Of a stretch of DNA of 64,000 bases, positions 35,501-48,272 are shown piece by piece. Positions within the stretch are counted from its first letter, which is position 1, and every line of letters begins with the position of its first letter. The stretch is from Acanthaster planci. Its lineage: Eukaryota. Both the position numbers and the translations under genes were made by a program. The stretch is from positions 4,508,934-4,572,933 of the forward strand of contig NW_019091356.1 of NCBI RefSeq assembly GCF_001949145.1. The letters run 5' to 3'. The notes beneath the pieces were generated by a model, which saw nothing but the letters and a program-made list of their open reading frames with translations, was not told the origin of the DNA and did not search any database.

Positions 35501-38500
35501 TCTGTGTAATGCCTTCGCCTGTAGTACTGAGTCCAGAGTCGTCCAGGCCAGTATTGAGGAGGAGATCTTTCAAGCCAGGACTGTATATGTAAGAGATTAG
35601 GAGACAGGTGGATGTTAAGAGGGACTTGTATTAACCGTGATGAGAACAGCTGTCTTAAATGGGGACTGTAGAAAGATAATTGTATTTGGTTTTCGTGAAA
35701 AATTTCAAATACAGGGTTATCCACCCCAAGTTGAAGTGCACCCCCTAGCGACAAAAGAAAGACAGATGGTTGTAAGTTTTCCAAGCGGGTTCTTGCACAC
35801 GTTCTGCGTGTACGCAAAGACCATACGATAAGGAATACATTTGTTACGCGTACTTGGCATGCTCAGCGTCTAACGGGTCATTGATCTCCATTATAAATGC
35901 GCGCCTATGCAGTAAGTACCAAAAAACACACGCCCTCTTTTGTTCCGCTCGGAGCGGATAGCGGATATGCTTGTCCATAATGTTATGTGACATTTTTGGT
36001 TCGGCTTTCAAACTGCAGTTGAATGGCTCGACGAAATTAAAAGGACAGGCCTCAGTGTTCCAACTCAAGTGTGTTACTTTCATCGGTATACCATTAAAAT
36101 TAACCCTTATTTGTGATCTTTTTTCTACAGGAATCAAATGATGATCTCCCATCAAGAACAAGGTAGGTCTACATGTATCCTTAACCAGAATTCTTTTCCA
36201 GGCACTCCCCCCCCCACCCTACCCCTAAATTTTTCTGTGGTAGAAATTCATTCTTTGAAATCACTTCCTCTGTCATCTTTAACAAAGATACAGGGCCACC
36301 TGCTGGCAGCAGGTCTGTCTTCTCCTCTGGCGATGTGCGATAGATGTCCTCCGTGAGCCATCGTTGCTAAAGTCATATCTTGTAACATCCATCGTGAGTT
36401 CATTTATCTTCAACACAAGACTTCTTTCTAATATTTCTTCTTGTGTGAAAGTGGGACATAGGTCGGACTCCTATTGACTTCCCCAACACATGGCTACTTT
36501 GTTCTCTGTTAATGTTACCAGGAATTTGGGAGACTTAAGAAATCTTGCTTAGATGCTTGATCCTTTCTGATTGATTGATAATTAAACCACATATGAGGCT
36601 GATCATAGGCTGTTGTGTCCCGCAGGGTCTTGGCATCTTTCTTGGACTTTTGTATTTGAACCAACCCTACAATCAATCCTCCATCCAAAACATCAATGGC
36701 TTTCTCTTCCTGATAGTTGTACAGATCAGTACAACCACACCTGCCAGAATTGCTGCAGTAAGTACTTTAAGAGAATTATAGAGTGAGTGCAGCACAGGAA
36801 CTGTCGCCTGCAAGTTGTGGTTCGAAATCTGGCTGTAGTTCAACCCAACTTTCTTTTCTGGAATAAATTTAATTATGAGGATGTGAGCGTGGATGTGTGG
36901 GAGGATGTTCTGTCACTTTGCTCATACACTTTCTTGACAAAAAAAAAGATAAGCAGAAAAACGATAGATTAGAAAACAATGGTTTCAGTGAGATTTGAAT
37001 ATTTGCTTTCTTGAACACTGGATTGGTGCTCAACCAGTGGAGTTATTCCTGTCTGAGTTGACTGTCTTCTTAGTATTTATTGTCTTTGCTGAAGTTTTAA
37101 ACATTTTGGTGGTTGGCCTTTCCCCAGTGCCCCATCCCACCCCACCCCACCCCATCCAACCCCACCCCATCNNNNNNNNNNNNNNNNNNNNNNNNNNNNN
37201 NNNNNNNNNNNNNNNNNNNNNNNNNNNNNNNNNNNNNNNNNNNNNNNNNNNNNNNNNNNNNNNNNNNNNNNNNNNNNNNNNNNNNNNNNNNNNNNNNNNN
37301 NNNNNNNNNNNNNNNNNNACCCCACCCACCCCACCCCACCCCACCCCACTCCAGCCTCCTTCTGAGATTGATACTTACCTTTTCACTCTTTGTTATTTTG
37401 TTCTTATGCAGGTCATTCCAAATGAGGTCCCACTCGTCAGTAGAGAACACCGCAGTGGAATGTACTCTACAACTTGGTACTTCTTGGCAAGATTTTCCAT
37501 CGAGGTAGTTATTTTATCCTCCATTACTAATAATCTTGGAAACAGCACAGGAAGTGGCCAGAGGTAAAGTACTGTTGCCAAGAACCTGCAACAAAGTACA
37601 GGAATAAAACTTTCTAGGAAAGGAGAAGGTAGGAAAAACATGGACATTTCAGCATTGCTGTGTGTAGACATACAGACTTATTTTGGATGTGGAATGTTTT
37701 TCTTGTCCATATCGTTTAGATTTGTAATTGGAGAGAAAAACCTGGTTGTCTGACAACTTTTCCTGTCCTTTTTTTTCATTGCAGATAGTTACTCATGTTT
37801 CTCAGAGTCTCGTCGTTTTTGGAATCGCTTACTACATGATTGGTGGGCACATTTTTTATTTCAAATACAGTCCAAATTGTTTTGATTTTTAAGAATGTTG
37901 GCAATTTTTGTAAAATAATTGGAGAAAGTTAACGAATTTTTTTATTTGTACCAAAACAAAACACAGACTATATGCTCCTTCTTTAAAGTACAGCTTATCA
38001 ACTAAACCTATGATCTTGTAAAAATGAGAAATACACATACAGTATGGGGTAGGTTTGGGGCTCAGTAACCAAGTTGTGGAATTTCCTTGTGGCCTCTTTT
38101 CTGTTCCATTTTGATATTTTTTCCTGGAATTGCCCAATTTAGCATTGGGTTTTAACCAGATGTCTGCTTTCTCTATTTTTACAGGGTTGAACAGGAATAT
38201 ATTAAGCTTCCTTGTTGCCATGGGAACCACCGCCTTGATGGCAGTAACATCTGTAAGCTTTGGTAAGCCCTGCCCATAAAAACAATATTAAACCTCTGAT
38301 CAAGACAACTAATTTAAATTCAAAGATAAAAATGATACCTTGTATGCCTTAAAAGCTAATGTGAATCTTTTCAAACAGTTTCTTTGATAACATGTTAAAG
38401 CATCCGAGTGTAGATATCCGTGTTGACAGTTGCAAAATTCCGTACAAGGTTAAAAACACCTGTCCAAAGAATCCCCTGCCCAACACACACAGTCACCCCT

Positions 38501-41500
38501 ACCTGTTTTACATACAAAAAGTGGACGTTCTTTGTTCTCCTGTGGTTAAGGAAACTTGGGGAAAATGCTCCTTTTTCTCCCACTAGGATAACTTCTTCGA
38601 GCTGGATTTTTTATGATGATTTCCTGGACTGTTCTTTTGCCATAGATAACCCCGACCCCAAAATGCCTCCGAAGCTGTTTTTCAGAGAGGGGAAAACATT
38701 GTGTGGAAGTGTGCGAGTCCACACAATGCCATTGCACCCTGCATTATGTGGACTTCTTTTGTGCAGAAGTCCACTCGATGCATGCCACGCCTGCACAGTC
38801 GCACACTCACAAAAGAAGAAAAGAAAACAAAACATGGAACATTAGTTTACTCTCTCAATATGACGTCGTTCCATCTGATTGCAGGGCACAGCAGGCATCA
38901 GACTTATTATGCCCCTCTTTAAATCACACAAGACACGAGCAACAGTTATTGTTCAGTGAGGACAGGTGCATTCTTGTTTTATGACTGCTTTGGGGTATTT
39001 TCCCGGACAAACTTTGTTCAAGCTGTGATACCCAGATCTCGGAGTGTTCCCTGGGTGGAAAACTCTGGTTTCTAGAGACTTTTTTCCCCCAACTTTAATC
39101 ACACTCACGTTGCCTACGTGTCTCTGTATGTTCTTAAGCATTCTGAACATAATGCCTTATGTGAGTGCAAGGTCGATGAAATTAAGTGTGGTTTGACAGT
39201 ATTCAAGTGGGAGAGTAAAACCTAAGTGATTGATCGAAGATTTACTTGAAAAGACGTGACCTGGTTGATCTATGTAGGTTGGATTCCAGGTGCAACTTTT
39301 TTTTAGGAGTTTAAGGATTGGCTGCAGTAAAAGTAATGTTTGTCTTCAATGATAGTTTTGTTTATTTTGCAGGTGTCTTTCTCTCAGTAGTCAGCCCAAC
39401 TTCAGAGATCGCTCTCAATCTCATGATTCCAATCTTCTTCCTCTTTACATTATTTGGAGGTTTCTACATGAATCCACTGTAAGTGTTAGTCAAAGCCTGC
39501 ATGCTACATTTGAGAGTAAAAGAAGAGTGAAAAAGGATGGAAATCTTTTGAACCGCTTGGTAGTTCCGCAGTGTTTCCCCTTTGGTGCGCTGCCTAAATT
39601 AGTTGTACACTACAAAAGGGGCAGCCATTTTGCTCGCGGAGTGTGGTGCTGTATTGTTAGAAAAAACTTCCTCTGTTTTTTATGGGTGGTAATCAGAGTT
39701 CTTCAAAGTCCTCTTTTTGGCCCCCAGAACCACACCGGTTTACTTTATTTGGGTCCGATTTGTGAGCTGGTACCCGGCTGTGTATGGGATGCTACAGGTG
39801 AACCAGTGGGTTACCATCCAAACTTTGGGTAAGGAAATTCTTGTTCTAGATGCATGTACAAAAAGTAAGGAAAAAAATGGCAGATTCTATGAGTTTAAAT
39901 TTTGTACAAATGAGGGAGGAAAAAACTTACAAAAGTTGTCTCCCGCGGTACTAAATGTTGAAAGATTAAAGGTGCATAATGAGGTTTCTTTGAAACTTTG
40001 TATTCTTGTCACTGATTTTTGTTCTTGCTAAGACTGTGAGTTGAACTGCACTCAACCTTGTTTGGAAAATGGACAGCAGGTTTTGAGCAAATACGGCTAT
40101 GAAGAGGTATTTCTGAGCTTTTAAACAGGATTCCATTTCACCGCCAAATCATTAGTTTCACGGTCAACATCTGCCAGTGATCACGTGACCCCCAACCCTG
40201 TGTTATCCGCGGGGGGAAACATGTTGAGCTATCCACATGTGCAGGGAATCTGGAGGGACAGATGGGTGCCTTTCAAGTAGACTGAATGCAGTTTTTGTTG
40301 GATGGCAAGGTGTCATTTGCAGATCACTAGAATAAGATGGGTGTTGGTTTGGCATTTTTTGTAAGCATTAATACTTGCATAACAGAACTATTCTGAGCAT
40401 TTGAAAGTTCTGGAGAAAGGGATCACTGATGAAAAAGGACTATTTCACTTCAATTTTCTTCCAGAAGTTACAATTGAACTCTCAAAAGTCTGTGTCTGTG
40501 CTATTCTGGTTAGGGATGCTGTTTTTCTGTCAAGATATCTCCCAGGAGTGCAACAAAAGTAATAAACACCTGTCCTGAAATATGTGATAAATCATGAAAA
40601 TGTCTACCCCCAACACTCATAAACAGGTGGTGGTTAAATTTATCTGAGGAAATGGCCCTGTAAAACCCGCAGACAGCGACTGCGGTCAAATGCTGTTTTT
40701 CCTGGCATTCCATGCCAAATGGTACCAATTAGTATAACTTATGGTTAGTACCTTTAAAGCTAAGTAATCTCATAAGGAAGCCGTTCTGGCCTTGAGGTGA
40801 GATATAAAACGGGTTGCATAGTGTTGACAGGTACGCTTAATAAACCGGGTCATTATTGTAGAACAGTTCATTGTTCAAAATCCCCGAGAAAAATGCACCA
40901 TCTTGCGTGCTTATTTTATCCAGGAAACTATAAGCAATGAACATTTTCACGTGAAGTCTTCATGTATATATGTAGGTTTCTTGAAAGGCACAAATGGTGA
41001 TGTAACCACTTTGTTTTCCGAGCTGAATATTTTAGGCCTATCCGCTCCACTCATTACTACTTGTACAGAAACCTCACCTACAAATTAATACATGTACTCA
41101 TTCAATAATGATGACCTTCATTGCAAAAACTGTGTTCTGCGACAAAGCTCAAATAACCCCACTTTTAAACACTCTCTGGCCCTCGGTTTGTGAGCATATT
41201 GAATACCAAGCATGTTTATGGTATTGATAAAGTGTTAGCGATTGCCTATTGACGTTTGGGAATTGGACACATAATGTTCAGTTTATGAAGATGTTTATTT
41301 GCTAAACTCAGTTTTCAGTGTGTTGAAATGAAGGTTAGTCCCCTGCTGAAAAGTTCCAGTGCCCCTGTATGCCCCCTTGAGAAACGAGGGTAATAGTTAC
41401 CAAACTTCTGCTTCAAAGAACACTTATTCACTTGCATGCAGTCGCTGCTATCGAGTTTAACACATTTGACTTGTCTACTCCCTTGACAGGTGTTATGGTA

Positions 41501-43559
41501 GCTAGATAGTTCGTCTGACAGATGATCGCTGTCAAGCCGACATTAAAAACCAATCTTATATCAGATACCACAGGGTTAGACCACATTTATCTGACATGAT
41601 ATAAAAGTCAAGGGTACCGGATGAACACCAACGTGACCTTATCAGCCGAACTGTCAAAATGTGACTCGTTCTTTGTTAGGCATTTAAGTTCCCACATGGT
41701 TTAGTGTTTTCGAAGACAGTGGTATACGTGCTGTGCACAAGGGCATTAGTGGATGGTGGGCCGGGCAAAGGGGGCATTCCCCCCCCCACCCCAGAGCCTT
41801 TTCTCAATAAAATGCAAATTTCAATTTCCTTCCTTTAAAAAGCGTGTGAAAACCACCAAGTGCAGCCTCACTCCCCAAAATACCTCAGAAACAGTAGTAC
41901 AACAAGTTTAACCCCCCCCCCCTCAATTTGACTTGTCTTTATGAGGAAGAGTATCTGCCTCTGTGGTGAAATTGTCTCCATAAAGGTATCTATGAAAAGG
42001 AGCATGGGCGTAAATCCAATGGGATGGGGGTATATACCCCCCCCCACACACACCCGCACACTTTTAGGGGGGGACGGGCTATTGAAGCATCCCCTCCCCC
42101 CTTTTGGCAAGCAAATATGGAAGCGTGTTATGGGGAATTTTTCAGACTTTGCATCCAATATCACTCAAAAAAGGAAAAGAATTTGTTAAAAGCCATAAAT
42201 TTGTCATTCTGAATGCATACATAATAAATACAGATGTATACCAATATCACGAACATCGATCATGTCGAGTCCTATGGTGTCAACCTCCTCCCCCTCGCAC
42301 TTTTCAAATTTCCAGGGCGAGGCAGTCATCCCCCCCCTCCATCTTTCCTCATCCCCCAATTTCTGGCACAGATTTACGCCATTAAAAGGGAAACTATATT
42401 AATTCCGTTAGACTTCAAAGCGTGTTACTGTCGGAGTCCACTCTTGATTCCGCGCGCTTAGTTAAGAGTTTAGAAGTGAAGGGTTTTGACAAAGCCAAAA
42501 GGGATGTCACTACTTGAGATGTTTCCCCCCCCCAAAGTGGCACATGACAAGAGTGATGCCCTAGCAATTTGTTTTCGTAGTTGACATTTTAATCAACATA
42601 GTGGTCAACATTTTAGTCAACGCAGTACATGTATTCTGTAAACCTTGTACGGAATTTTGAAACTGTCAACATGGATATCTACACTCGGATGCTTTTAGTG
42701 TGTACCGGTATCCGTCGTTATCTTGACGTCACTTTTACTGAATGGAAACTCTCTTTCAAGTGCTTTAACAAAGTGTTTTGGAATGGAATTTCTGGTTAGA
42801 ACAATGACATTCCATTCCACAGAGTTCTTGGCATGACGCGACTAAAGCCTTCCGATTCGGCTCAGAAGACGAAGCTCGCATGTCCTCTCAGAGATTGTCT
42901 GAGAGCCGGGATTCCTCGAATGTTTGATTTGTTTTGGCACTCTAAACACAGAAATTCATCAGACTTGAAGAAACGGAATAACAGAAAGGATAATAACAAA
43001 ATGGATCAATGGTTGGCTGAATCGGTTCATATCAAATGGCTATGATGCCTTACACATGCGTTTTCATACTACATCAGTACGCACGTTATGGGAAAAACTA
43101 AATCGATTTATCTGGAAAATGTTTCAAAGTCAAATAACATATCATTAGGACAGTAAAAACTTTGTTTAATGTCGTTTGGTTATCGCAGACGTGTGAAAGG
43201 TTACTTTTTTGGTAGTTTTGTAAATGCGCGTTAGACAGTAATTATGCAAACGGTATTGTGTCACATGATCCGTAGTTATGTATTTTTAAACCACGTGTGA
43301 TAACGATCATTACTGTTGCCTGTTGGGATGCCGAAGACTGGGAGAGGTTTGACCACATGCCCTTGGCAAAAATGTTTTCCTATAAAGTTCTAAATGTGGC
43401 GCAAAAGCGATTACCACCAGAGGTAGATTGGTTGCATTTTTGTCTTCCTGTTGACAGGAAAACTTTGTTCTGGATTTGTCGCTGGTGTCGCTGATGTCTC
43501 TGGGATATTTTCTACTGGGCGGCCTTGTAGTCAGGATGCGGTTGAGAAAGGAAAAGTGA
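32585..43559 (+). CDS. ABCG-family half transporter, White/Scarlet-like (N-terminal NBD followed by TMD), about 698 aa
   Basis: 19 exons: 32585-32631, 32845-33173, 33311-33359, 33516-33705, 34120-34191, 34341-34436, 34643-34809, 35096-35270, 35499-35588, 36131-36162, 36288-36393, 36626-36757, 37412-37504, 37785-37842, 38185-38262, 39373-39478, 39728-39828, 40033-40106, 43458-43559 (2097 nt, in frame). Walker A GASGAGKST, Q-loop YIQQED, signature [14 protein letters not shown], Walker [15 protein letters not shown]-loop [38 protein letters not shown]. The [17 protein letters not shown] pattern is typical of the White subgroup. The start could alternatively be ATG 32936. Confidence 0.9.
37130..37350. 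repeat. (CCCCA)n pentanucleotide repeat interrupted by a 147-N assembly gap (37172-37318)
   Basis: CCCCA/CCCAT units flank the N run on both sides, inside an ABCG intron. The flanking exons join in frame, so no coding sequence need be missing. Confidence 0.9.
42003..42383. mobile_element. hAT-like MITE in the last intron of the ABCG gene
   Basis: TIRs CATGGGCGTAAATC / GATTTACGCCATT, poly-C/poly-G subterminal tracts, and a degenerate 8-bp TSD AAAAGGAG / AAAAGGGA. Confidence 0.6.
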
Positions 43560-44390
43560 AAACGACTAAAGCAGACGATTGATAGCCGCAGCAACATCGC
43601 TGTCGACAGTATTCAGGTTTTCTGGCTGCTAGCCTTCAGAATGACATTTTATTCCTTGCAGGATTTTTCTCAAAAGCCGCAACTCAAGTCCACCGAACTT
43701 TCAACATGAATATTGTCCTGTTTATCGTACTCAAGTTTGCTTCAAGTGGGTGTTGTAAATCTTTTCATGGTTCTGGTTATATTTCAGGAGAGAATCTGGA
43801 AATTATAGTGTGATGTCCAGAAGAGCTAATTATATTTGGTGATGGCATAGTTTCCCTTTCAAAAATTCTGCAGGGATTGTTTCTATACTGAAATTGTTAG
43901 GAAGGATGTGGTCAGATGACACCCTTCTCTGTTAATAAAACTAGGAACCATTTGCCTGAAATTCAGTTCAAGCCATTGACTCCTAAACCTTATTTACCGT
44001 CGAAAGAGGAAATATTGCATGATCTGATTTCTAAGAATTATTTTTCAGACACAGTACCGTAAATCATGCCATTCCAGAATTTCCTGGCTACAGATGAATT
44101 TCCAGTTTTCAGGGCATGCATTTGGTTGTGAAAAATGTACATGTGTTTGTTTCGAGTCCATAATTGCTTGCTCATTTATAGCCATTAGCGGATTGTTTTG
44201 TTTAAACTCGTGATATTTCTTGTTCCTTAGTTCTTCTGCTATCAAATAGGTTTATTACTTAGTCTTATTTTATAATTTTGAAAGCCAGAATGGCACCCCC
44301 TCAATGCACAAATCTTTGTCCGGATTGTTTGCGCCCCCTTTCAATAATGCAGGATCCGTAGCTGATGTTGTTGTAATAAATGATACTTCT

Positions 44391-44424
44391 AAACAAACAA
44401 ACAAACAAACAAACAAACAAACAA
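44391..44424. repeat. (AAAC)n microsatellite
   Basis: About 7-8 AAAC units. Confidence 0.9.
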
Positions 44425-44465
44425 CTTCGATCAGTAACTGTTTGGTGACTATAGAACGTAACACT

Positions 44466-44616
44466 TTCAAGTAAAATGTTTATTTACCTTATTTAGTTGT
44501 AAAGACACGGTGACCATTTCCCGAACCTCGACCCCAACGTAATACGTTCAAGTAAAATGTTTATTTATTTTATTTAGTTGTAAACACACGGTGATCATTT
44601 CCCAAACCTCGACCCC
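44466..44616. repeat. About 81-bp tandem duplication
   Basis: TTCAAGTAAAATGTTTATTTA...TTTAGTTGTAAA.ACACGGTGA.CATTTCCC.AACCTCGACCCC occurs twice. Confidence 0.85.
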
Positions 44617-47600
44617 GTCTCCATTCTGGTTGGCTTGTGCTTATGACTCAAATTTTATGATATGAAGTCCCTGACTTTGCTTGGGATCTTTTCCCCTACA
44701 GTAACGCGAGATCGTATGCTTCAAATAAGCCCAAGCGTCCTTTCGTTTGCTTTAAAGGTCTACATAGGGTTCAGGGGCGCAAGACAACTGCCACCTACGG
44801 CGTCGATGGTTGAGAAGCGACACGGAAGAACATGCCAGTTGTCGGTATCTTTAATCCTAAAATCACGCGAGGTTTGTCATGATGAATTCTGTGACGCAAG
44901 ACGCGTTGTTTGCCACGTGAGTGACGTAAGAAAACGATTTGGTTTCTCCAAAGACACCACGACGCGGCAAACAAGAAGATGGGACAAACTTAGCCTCCCG
45001 GCCAATATCTGTAGATTCCCAATCAGATATGATAGCAAGTCAGGTGCTGGTCTAAATCCTGGCAAAACACCTGGCTATTAATCAGTCTTACACTGCCAGA
45101 GCAAACACATGAACGAAAACATGTGGCAATTTACAAGAAGGTAGGGGAATTGTTTGTTACGAATTCGTCGATAAAAGAGAACAAAAAAGGATTTGACATT
45201 CATCCCAGAATAAGTAACATTAATCGATACATTGTACACCTTGCATACATACATCTTTGTAGTAGGGCCTATGTACTTTTATTACACAAAATTGCAATCA
45301 GTGGTTTCAGCAAGAGTATTGGAGTTACATGTGGAGTCATATTGAAGGTAAATGTGATGTGTAGGCCCTATGTTTGACATCCTTGGGAAACAAGTTGGGG
45401 CGTTTTTGTTTGATATGGGCTGCTTAATGGTGCGTTAATGGAGATCACTCGACACCGTCATCAGTTCTGTCACCTCGTTAACACCATTCTCTCACGTGTG
45501 CGTTAAGACGCATATAGGTAATTCCAGAAATTACGGGTCCAAGCGTGACATTTTGGTGTCCCTGTTACATCTGACCTTTGTTATTTGACAAGAAAATATC
45601 ACCAGAATTGATTTCAAACTATTAGGCCCCTACTGTTTGTTTGGCAGGTAATTTGCATTAATTCATCACTCTTGTAAATTAGAAAATGTGTTTTGAACTT
45701 ACAAATCAAATGCCAGAGTGTGACAGGGACACACACAAAATGGACCCTAAATTTTTTCAATCACCCATACGTTTGGATATAAGGCTTCCGGTTCATGCCT
45801 CACGAAGATACGACTGCATCTGTCCCTCATTTGGGATGTTTCAATGTCTTGATAGACATCGGACCTGCGTCATGGAATGGCGTAGTGATGTTAATTCATC
45901 AGGCAAGTGCCCGAAAAATTCATGTATGATGGTCTTTTCATATTTTGGAATGAGTTCCAGAAAGGCGCCCTGCTTGAGTGATTTGTTTGTCACTTTGTAT
46001 CCTTTCTCGAATTGCATGTTTTGCCAGCTCGTCTACTGACGGGAGATCTTTTAGGCTGATTAAGTCTTGCAGTGTCAGCGAGCCAAGTCAAGAGTATTGC
46101 ACTGCCAGGGCTGGCCCGTTCTCACATCGGAAGCTTAAATGTTTAAAACGCAGAAAGTTGGTAATTCTTCTAATTTTTGGCGGTTTATGACGCAGAGTGA
46201 ATATAGGACGACCCAGATGACACAGATTTACTGTCATCTGAACAAAAAAGGGCAGATCAGCAGAGGATCAAATAATCTAACATAGTTGAACTAAAATTAC
46301 TCTACCTCTAACACTTTGTCATAAATGCAAACACTACACTGCAAGCATACTCCCACGTTTTGTAAATCAGTTTTGCAATATGAACGCTCGTGATTGGTTT
46401 CACTGTCCTGAATCAACCTCTTATTAAGATCATATGTCACCCACTTGTACTTTTCTCTTCCAAAGTAGTTCTTGATTAATTTAATTTACACTCTCGAAGC
46501 CTGGGTTTGGTTATGTGGGTGGAAAATAGAAGTGTTCTAACGGTCGATCGATCATGGAAAATAAAATGATGTCAGCTCAAAGTACAACCTCAGCTTTCTA
46601 ACTCCGATAAAAGGTGCAAAACTTCTTACTTCGTTCAGCGCTGCTCTGTTTGAACCCGTTTCCATTTTGAAACTTGACCCTTGATGAAGGGGAAAAATGA
46701 ACTAGCAGGCTACTGGTTTCCTTGGGAAACACAAGACCGTACTGTCTAGAGTATGGGGGCTTTTGGTGGTTTTTATTTTCAAACAGTGCACTTTGAGTTT
46801 ACCATCTTCTTCCAAGCGGGGTTACTGAACGAACGAGACAACCCCACAGCATTTGGTTCAAGTCATCACTGTCCCCACTCCCAAGCCTCTGACGCATATG
46901 CACACTGAGGCTGATCCTCTTGGATATGTATTTTTTCCTCGTTCTTATATCGGGGTCAGCCTTTGGCTATCAGCTACAGATCTTGGGCTGCTCTATTTCT
47001 GTGCTCAGTATTTATTCGAGATGAGTAATCATGATGATTCATAGCTGGGGAATACGTAGGTGGGCTTATGCACGCTCCAGACACTTTACTGAAGTCGACT
47101 AGTCTTTCCTCTGCCAACTATGGGTACGGTCAGACGCGCACGTATGTGTGTGCTTTTGACACGGAGACCACAGTGTTGATGCACGTTGTGCGCGCTATGC
47201 GGCTTTTTTTCTGAATTTAAATACTTGACTCTGTAGGAAGCGGTTGCAGCTAACCAACACTCCTCTTCCACGACGCAATGTACCACTACAACCCCGCCTC
47301 CACGAATAAAAAGGTTTTGTGATGCGGCCTAACTCGTTTCCCTGGGTACGTTCTTTCTGTGCACCGTTGGTTCCCATTCTCATCATGATTGCATGATACC
47401 AATCCCTTGTATTTTCTACATATAATTTGCACCCAACCATTAGGGATCTTTCAGTTTTAAGTGTGTATCAATCACAACAAAGTCTTAATGAAAAAATCTC
47501 GTACGTAATGTGACGTACAAGAGCAATCTGCTGAAGATGAACGTCTTAGAATATCAGTCATTTGCGGTTCGACCTCGCGTGACGTCAGGCGCTTAGATTT

Positions 47601-47773
47601 ATTCGAATGACCCTCCCGTTGAAATACTGACTGGCTTATAATGACAATGTGGAGTTTGGCGCCCTCGCACGGCTGTAACGAGAGAAATAACAATTATGGC
47701 ATTAAAAAGGGTAACCCCCTTCGAACTGCTTCTCTGTTTCTGTTTACTGGGTCAAGGCATCTTATTATTAATC

Positions 47774-48272
47774 ATAATAATAATAGCTTATTCTTACATA
47801 GCGCACATATCCATCACAACTGATGCTGAGGTAGTTGTATTATCACCTGCACATTGGGCTCACAACAACTGAGCATTCCTGAAACCATCTCAGCTCCCTG
47901 GGGAGTATATTAGCCTGATGCTGCCCTATCAGGAACACATGGCTAACATAACCAAATCTGCCCTCACAGGCACCCATTTACTCCTGGGTGGAGAGAGGCA
48001 TATAGGAGTAAAGTGACTTGCCCAGGATCACAACATGCTGCCACCAGCTGGATTCGAACCCCTGACCCTATGATCAGAAGCTACAAACCCTTACCACTTT
48101 ACCACATGCCTCCTGTCTGCCCTCACAGGCACCCATTTACTCCTGGGTGGAGAGAGGCATATAGGGGTAAAGTGACTTGCCCAAGATCACAACATGCTGC
48201 CACCAGCTGGATTCGAACCCCCGACCCTATGATCAGAAGCTACAAACCCTAATCACTAGGCCACACGCCCCC
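47774..48272 (-). mobile_element. tRNA-derived SINE with tandemly duplicated head and central domain, and a (TAT)n tail
   Basis: On the minus strand: A-box-like TGGCCTAGTGATT, B-box GGTTCGAATCC, central domain CTTGGGCAAGTCACTTTAC...CCACCCAGGAGTAAATGGGTGCC (CORE/Meta-SINE-like). This roughly 160-bp unit occurs twice (about 48272-48116 and 48113-47957). It ends in GCGCTATGTAAGAATAAGCTATTATTATTAT, a LINE2-like tail. Confidence 0.8.

Noticed and set aside
36995..37567. Long ORFs crossing the N gap
   Set aside because: Artefacts of the CCCCA repeat and N run; only 37412-37504 is a real exon.
40465..40578. Alternative last exon for the ABCG gene after TTCTTCCAG
   Set aside because: It does not encode a proper final TM helix; the exon at 43458-43559 ([33 protein letters not shown]) fits the White C-terminus much better.
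47827..47845. let-7-like TGAGGTAGTTGTAT
   Set aside because: It lacks the central AGG of let-7, has no precursor hairpin and lies inside a SINE body.
48040..48272. tRNA genes (GGTTCGAATCC on the minus strand)
   Set aside because: No complete cloverleaf or acceptor stem; the sequence continues into a SINE central domain and tail.
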